The notes under the pieces: generated by a model
Database searches by the model: none
Told to the model about the DNA's origin: nothing
The model's input: the letters and a program-made list of their open reading frames with translations, nothing else
Shown: positions 61,700 through 64,000 of the stretch, in pieces
Position numbering within the stretch: the stretch's first letter is position 1
Layout of the letters: every line of letters begins with the position of its first letter
DNA from: a phage
Reading direction: 5' to 3' (one strand)
Sequence record: PZ583741.1
DNA length: 64,000 nt
Position numbers and translations under genes: made by a program

Positions 61700-64000
61700 A
61701 TGGCAACAAATGAATTAGCCGGAATCACACTAGCCGTAGACGTCTCGCAGGTAGACAGGGGAACGCAATCCCTACAAAAGTTCAGACAGGCCAACCAACA
61801 GGCTGCATCTGGGATTAGTGAGTTCGTCAATGCTGAGCAGGTTGCTAAAAACCAGGCTAGAGATACCGCTCGCGCACTTGCTGAGCAACAGGCATCTTTA
61901 GCTAAATTGCAAACAGCTATTGACCCAACTGCGGCAAAATTCCGCAAGCTGCAGGAGGCTGCTGTAGGTCTTGATAAGGCGTTCGCTGCTGGAGTGGTTC
62001 CCGATGAGGAGTTTTTCCGCTTAGGCGAGGCACTTGAAACGCAGAATGCAAAACTTGCTCGTTCACGTGCGGCGCTAACTGAAGAGGGTAGAGCAGCTGC
62101 TCAGGCTGCAAAAGATAAAGCAAAAGCAAAGGCTGAAGCGGATAGATTTATCGCATCACTTGAGCGTCAGGCTCAGGCGGCAACATTGACGCGTGAGGAG
62201 TACCTAAAGTTACAAGCGGCCCAGCTTGGAGTAAGTTCTCAGGCAGCGCCTATTATTGACAGAATCGCCGATGCATCACAGAAGGCAAACACCCAGCTAA
62301 TTGCTCAGAGCAAGGCTTTTCAACGATCTGGCTTAAGCGCTGGTCAATACAAGAACGCAATTTCTCAGCTGCCAGCGCAGATTACTGATATTGGCACGTC
62401 GCTTGCTGGCGGCATTCCTATTTGGCTTATTGCAATTCAGCAAGGTGGGCAGATCAAGGATTCATTTGGCGGTATTGGTAACACCTTTAGATTCGCGCTT
62501 GCAGCCTTAAACCCATTTAATGTAGCTGTTGGTGTTTTGGGTGGCGCACTTATTGCTCTTGGTGTTGGTGCAGCTCAGGCTGAAAGTGAATTCAGAGCAT
62601 TAAACTCCGCAATTGCTTTCTCCAACAACTCTACAATCGCATCAATCTCACAGGTTAGAGAGTTGGTTAGCTCTGTTTATGATGCAACAGGTGCTACCAG
62701 AGGACTTGTGACTAGCATCGCAACAAGCCTTATTGAGCAAGGGAACCTTACGCTGACGCAGATTGACAAGATTACTAAATCGACCGCAAGATGGGCGCAG
62801 TTGACAGGTAAGGATGCGAAGGAGATTACTGGTTACTATAACCAGATTGCAAGCGACCCAATCCAGGGTTTAGTTGATTTGGATAAGCGCTTTAACTTCC
62901 TCACACAGGGGCAGTTGACGACAATCGAAAACCTGAGAAAGACAAAGGGAGAAGTTGAGGCCGTTACTGCTGCGATTGATATTTTCAGCAAGTCTCAGGA
63001 AGCCAACCTTAACGACATAGCTGCGCAGTTAACTCCGCTTGAGCTAGCCTGGAATGATTTCAGAAAGTACATCTCTGATATCTGGGATGCAATTAGTCGT
63101 AGAACTGTCGGGGCGCTGAACCTATTTGTTGACGTAATCGCCGGAACGATTGAACAGATCAGGGTATTCATTAACCAGGGTGATGTTCTGATTGGTGAAT
63201 TCGTAATTAGCGCAACTCAGGCATTGCAGAACATTCCTGGTCTTGATGGCGTTGGTGATGATGTTATCAAGGGGCAGCAGAAGATTATCGATGCCGCCAA
63301 GAAGCAAAACCTTGAGCTAGAGAAGTCTATCAAGGAGCGAGATGCCAGAATCAGAGAGGGAGAGCTTGGTTACGTTACTCGCAGAGAAAATCAGAATACA
63401 AATGAGCAATCAGGGACAGATGAGGAATTTGCAAAAAGGAAGAAGGCGCTTCAGGATGAGCTTGATGCGATCAAGAAGAACAGGAAAGAAGAAAATAGTA
63501 GGGTTAAGGAGCAAAGAGATTTAACAATTGGTTATGAATCTGGCGTTCTGGCGCTTCAGGCTCAACTCAAGGTGCTTCAGGAAAACAGGGATATTGGCGC
63601 AGTAATAAGCAATGAGCGCAAGCAGTATCTTCATGAGGAGGCCAAATTCAGGATTCTTGAGCAGAGACAACTTGATGGCTCAATTACCAAAGAGCAAGCA
63701 AGACTTCTCATTGAAAAGGATAAAGTTCTTGAGTTAGCCAGACAGAAGGCTGAGCTAGGTGATCAGATTGCTTTGCAGGAGCGAGCTAATAAGTTAGCTG
63801 AAGATAACCGCAAGAAGATTCTTCAGATTAACAATGAGGCAAGTAACATTGATTTGGGTGCTGGTTTATCATCTCGCGAGCAGCAGAGAGCCAAAGAGAT
63901 TCAGGCTCTTCAATCCAATCAGGTTAATGCTGGTGGTTCTGTTGATGATGTTGATTTTCAGCAACTTCTCGAAGCAAGACGTAACTTTTATGCTCAGGAG
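61700..64000 (+). CDS. tail tape measure protein (3' end beyond window)
   Basis: open frame from ATG 61700 to window end; coiled-coil; hydrophobic Gly/Ala-rich segment. Confidence 0.8.
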   Translation, partial: MATNELAGITLAVDVSQVDRGTQSLQKFRQANQQAASGISEFVNAEQVAKNQARDTARALAEQQASLAKLQTAIDPTAAKFRKLQEAAVGLDKAFAAGVVPDEEFFRLGEALETQNAKLARSRAALTEEGRAAAQAAKDKAKAKAEADRFIASLERQAQAATLTREEYLKLQAAQLGVSSQAAPIIDRIADASQKANTQLIAQSKAFQRSGLSAGQYKNAISQLPAQITDIGTSLAGGIPIWLIAIQQGGQIKDSFGGIGNTFRFALAALNPFNVAVGVLGGALIALGVGAAQAESEFRALNSAIAFSNNSTIASISQVRELVSSVYDATGATRGLVTSIATSLIEQGNLTLTQIDKITKSTARWAQLTGKDAKEITGYYNQIASDPIQGLVDLDKRFNFLTQGQLTTIENLRKTKGEVEAVTAAIDIFSKSQEANLNDIAAQLTPLELAWNDFRKYISDIWDAISRRTVGALNLFVDVIAGTIEQIRVFINQGDVLIGEFVISATQALQNIPGLDGVGDDVIKGQQKIIDAAKKQNLELEKSIKERDARIREGELGYVTRRENQNTNEQSGTDEEFAKRKKALQDELDAIKKNRKEENSRVKEQRDLTIGYESGVLALQAQLKVLQENRDIGAVISNERKQYLHEEAKFRILEQRQLDGSITKEQARLLIEKDKVLELARQKAELGDQIALQERANKLAEDNRKKILQINNEASNIDLGAGLSSREQQRAKEIQALQSNQVNAGGSVDDVDFQQLLEARRNFYAQE

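Overview
The window is entirely phage DNA with no host genes, no integrase, no CRISPR array and no rRNA. It appears to be a composite of two unrelated tailed-phage (siphovirus-type) modules. Module A (1..47403) is a complete ~47.3 kb genome unit: bases 1..127 are an exact copy of 47277..47403, and joining them reconstitutes one ~471-aa portal ORF. Module A carries a small terminase candidate, a large terminase interrupted by a LAGLIDADG intein in its Walker A motif, portal, MuF-like protein, a lysis cassette with embedded o-spanin, scaffold/decoration/major capsid genes, tail tube, tape measure, distal tail and tail fibre with a C-terminal S74 chaperone, and a minus-strand replication/recombination block (SSB, ERF, exonuclease, VRR-NUC, helicase, primase). 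It also holds six HNH and one GIY-YIG homing-endonuclease genes, and a truncated beta-sliding-clamp homologue that keeps the clamp's peptide-binding pocket residues; this mini-clamp is the most interesting candidate for an undescribed host-takeover function. Module B (47404..64000) starts with an array of small early genes, each behind a fixed-spacing palindromic promoter cassette, followed by tRNA-Arg(UCU), a second terminase pair split by an HNH gene, portal, scaffold, capsid, neck, tail tube, a chaperone pair with a -1 frameshift site, and a 3'-truncated tape measure gene. All product calls rest on motif recognition and gene order by eye; no database search was run.
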